Virus record (IMG/VR): IMGVR_UViG_3300046660_000488
Span: 62,001-126,000 of that record
Reading direction: 5' to 3' (one strand)
Length of the DNA: 64,000 bases
Made by a program: the position numbers and the translations under genes. Below the pieces are notes generated by a model. The model saw nothing but the letters and a program-made list of their open reading frames with translations, did not search any database and had not been told where the DNA came from. Positions 62,508-64,000 of the stretch are shown in pieces (positions within the stretch are counted from its first letter, which is position 1; every line of letters begins with the position of its first letter).

Positions 62508-63802
62508 CGTTTCTTGATCGGCGCGAAGCGCATGCGGCTGGTGGGGATCACCACGCTGGCGTTGAACTCGCCGATGAAATTGGCGGGCATGTCGCTGGCC
62601 TGCCACGGGTCGCGGTCCCAGCCTTGGGATCGCGGCGATCCCTTCATTTCGTAATTGCCGACGTTGTCGCGGCGAATGTCGCCGTTGTAATACTCGCTGT
62701 CGTGGTTGTCGTTCTCAGTTTCCAACTCGGCGGCGCGCGCATTGGCTTCGTCAGCCGTGTTGAACGTTTCCTTGTGCGTGACGTCGTCGGCGTACTCTTC
62801 GCCGTTCCACTTCGCTCGATAGTAAGTCACCGTGTATTTCATCGGTGTGCGGAAGTAGATCACGCACGGAAACTTGTCTCCACCGGCCTTCAGCACGCGG
62901 GCCGCGCGGTGGCGACCTTCGTGGCCCTTGACCTTCCCGGTCTCTTGAACCACCCGCAGGAACGGGATGTTGTAAGAGGACTTGTTGAAGTCTGGGTCCG
63001 TCCCCTTCTTGAAATCGTCGAGCGACACCTTGGCGTCGTCCAGCACGTCCTGATACTCGCGCTCGTTCGTCGTCGTCAGACGGATGAAGTCGGCCGGGTT
63101 CATGACGCAGATCATCGCGCCATACATGCTGCGCGCATGCTTCACGCCGCCCTTGTTCAGCGGTAGGCGGACGGTCTCTTCGTTCACCGCGTTGGCGGCC
63201 CGCTCCAGATCGTCCCGCGTGCCGCGCGCCATGACCTCGACCCGGTCGGCCGGGATCGCGTCCGTGATGGCCACCACGCCCATGCCCAAGGTGTGCTTGG
63301 CGCGCCAGCCGTCCTGATCGGTGTAGGCGATCTTGACCAGCACGTTGTTCGCGCCCGGCTCGGCGTAGTTCAGGTCAGGCTCTGCTGAGGCGTGGACGAT
63401 AGGACGGCCGCGAAAGACGCCGCTGGACGATCCGTTCGTGTACTCGGCGTCGGACATCACGCGATAGAGGTGCTTGGGCGGCTCGCCGTCCTGTGTGCGC
63501 GGCAGGACGCGGCCATCCTTGAAGGGACCTTCGATCAGGCCCTCGACCACCGGAGCCTTCTTGTTGGCGGGTTTGCCGTCATCGCCGTAGAAGGTCTGCT
63601 TGCCGGTCTTGTCCTTGTTCGGGGTGTCCTTGGCGCCGGTGGTGTGACCAAAGCCTGTCCACGTCGGCGGCAGGCCGTTGTCATCGACGGTGTTGCCGAA
63701 TTTGGAAGCCTGACGCTTCGTCTCGCCCGGCCCCACGTCGCAGGTGGAGTTGATGCCGGGGACCACGAGGCCAAGTTCAGAAAGGATTTCACGAGCGCGC
63801 AT
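62504..63802 (-). CDS. Late multidomain protein (possible ART-like and ParB/Srx-like domains)
   Basis: MRARE N-terminus; LYRVMS..EY...VHAS; GHEGRHRA; TAAATA 5 nt upstream. Confidence 0.7.
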   Translation of the reverse strand: MRAREILSELGLVVPGINSTCDVGPGETKRQASKFGNTVDDNGLPPTWTGFGHTTGAKDTPNKDKTGKQTFYGDDGKPANKKAPVVEGLIEGPFKDGRVLPRTQDGEPPKHLYRVMSDAEYTNGSSSGVFRGRPIVHASAEPDLNYAEPGANNVLVKIAYTDQDGWRAKHTLGMGVVAITDAIPADRVEVMARGTRDDLERAANAVNEETVRLPLNKGGVKHARSMYGAMICVMNPADFIRLTTTNEREYQDVLDDAKVSLDDFKKGTDPDFNKSSYNIPFLRVVQETGKVKGHEGRHRAARVLKAGGDKFPCVIYFRTPMKYTVTYYRAKWNGEEYADDVTHKETFNTADEANARAAELETENDNHDSEYYNGDIRRDNVGNYEMKGSPRSQGWDRDPWQASDMPANFIGEFNASVVIPTSRMRFAPIKKR

Positions 63803-63848
63803 TGCTGTATTTATCGACCACAGTTTTCACAGATGCTACTGTTTCTTA

Positions 63849-64000
63849 ATGAAGATCGCAGTCATCACAGCATACTACAACGAGACGTTCGAACAACTGA
63901 TGAAGTGTCACGACAGCGTCGTGAAGCAAAGCGGAGACGTCACGCACTTCATGGTCTCGGACGGCAAGCCCCATCCCGATATTGATTACTGGAACGGCGT
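63849..64000 (+). CDS. Glycosyltransferase family 2-like protein, N-terminal part (truncated by window end)
   Basis: KIAVITAYYNE...SVVKQ...HFMVSDG. Confidence 0.7.
   Translation, partial: MKIAVITAYYNETFEQLMKCHDSVVKQSGDVTHFMVSDGKPHPDIDYWNG

Overview
64 kb of a GC-rich, densely coding jumbo myophage-type genome, with no CRISPR array or IS element seen. The host is probably an alphaproteobacterium, inferred from the IF-1, ClpP and Smr sequence style and from a tRNA-His lacking G-1. Core phage genes include rIIA/rIIB, both type II topoisomerase subunits, an Rnl1 RNA ligase and a polynucleotide kinase. TAAATA late promoters and TTGAC- sigma70-type promoters are present. The window has an unusually large host-takeover set: ClpP, ClpX, ClpS, Hsp20, IF-1, bS21, an Smr nuclease, a CCA-adding enzyme, AdoMet decarboxylase, an unannotated 46-aa RMF-like protein and a mini EF-Ts. 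The strongest candidate for a new system is the tRNA operon at 41.6-44.7 kb. (1) A 30-codon leader peptide, absent from the ORF track, has 13 consecutive Ser/His/Tyr/Cys codons. It precedes an antiterminator and two terminators that lie upstream of tRNA genes for exactly Ser, Cys, Tyr and His. (2) A catalytic-domain-only HisRS gene needs a prfB-like +1 frameshift at CUU-CAU(His)-UGA, and its 205-aa product contains no histidine. (3) Two tRNA-His genes with different identity elements flank that HisRS gene. Together these suggest a tRNA-depletion-sensing translation-rescue module. Also notable are two tandem amber-suppressor tRNAs, a ~750-nt highly structured non-coding region at 34.9-35.65 kb, and several non-canonical tRNA-like RNAs. 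All homology calls come from motif recognition by eye; no database search was run.
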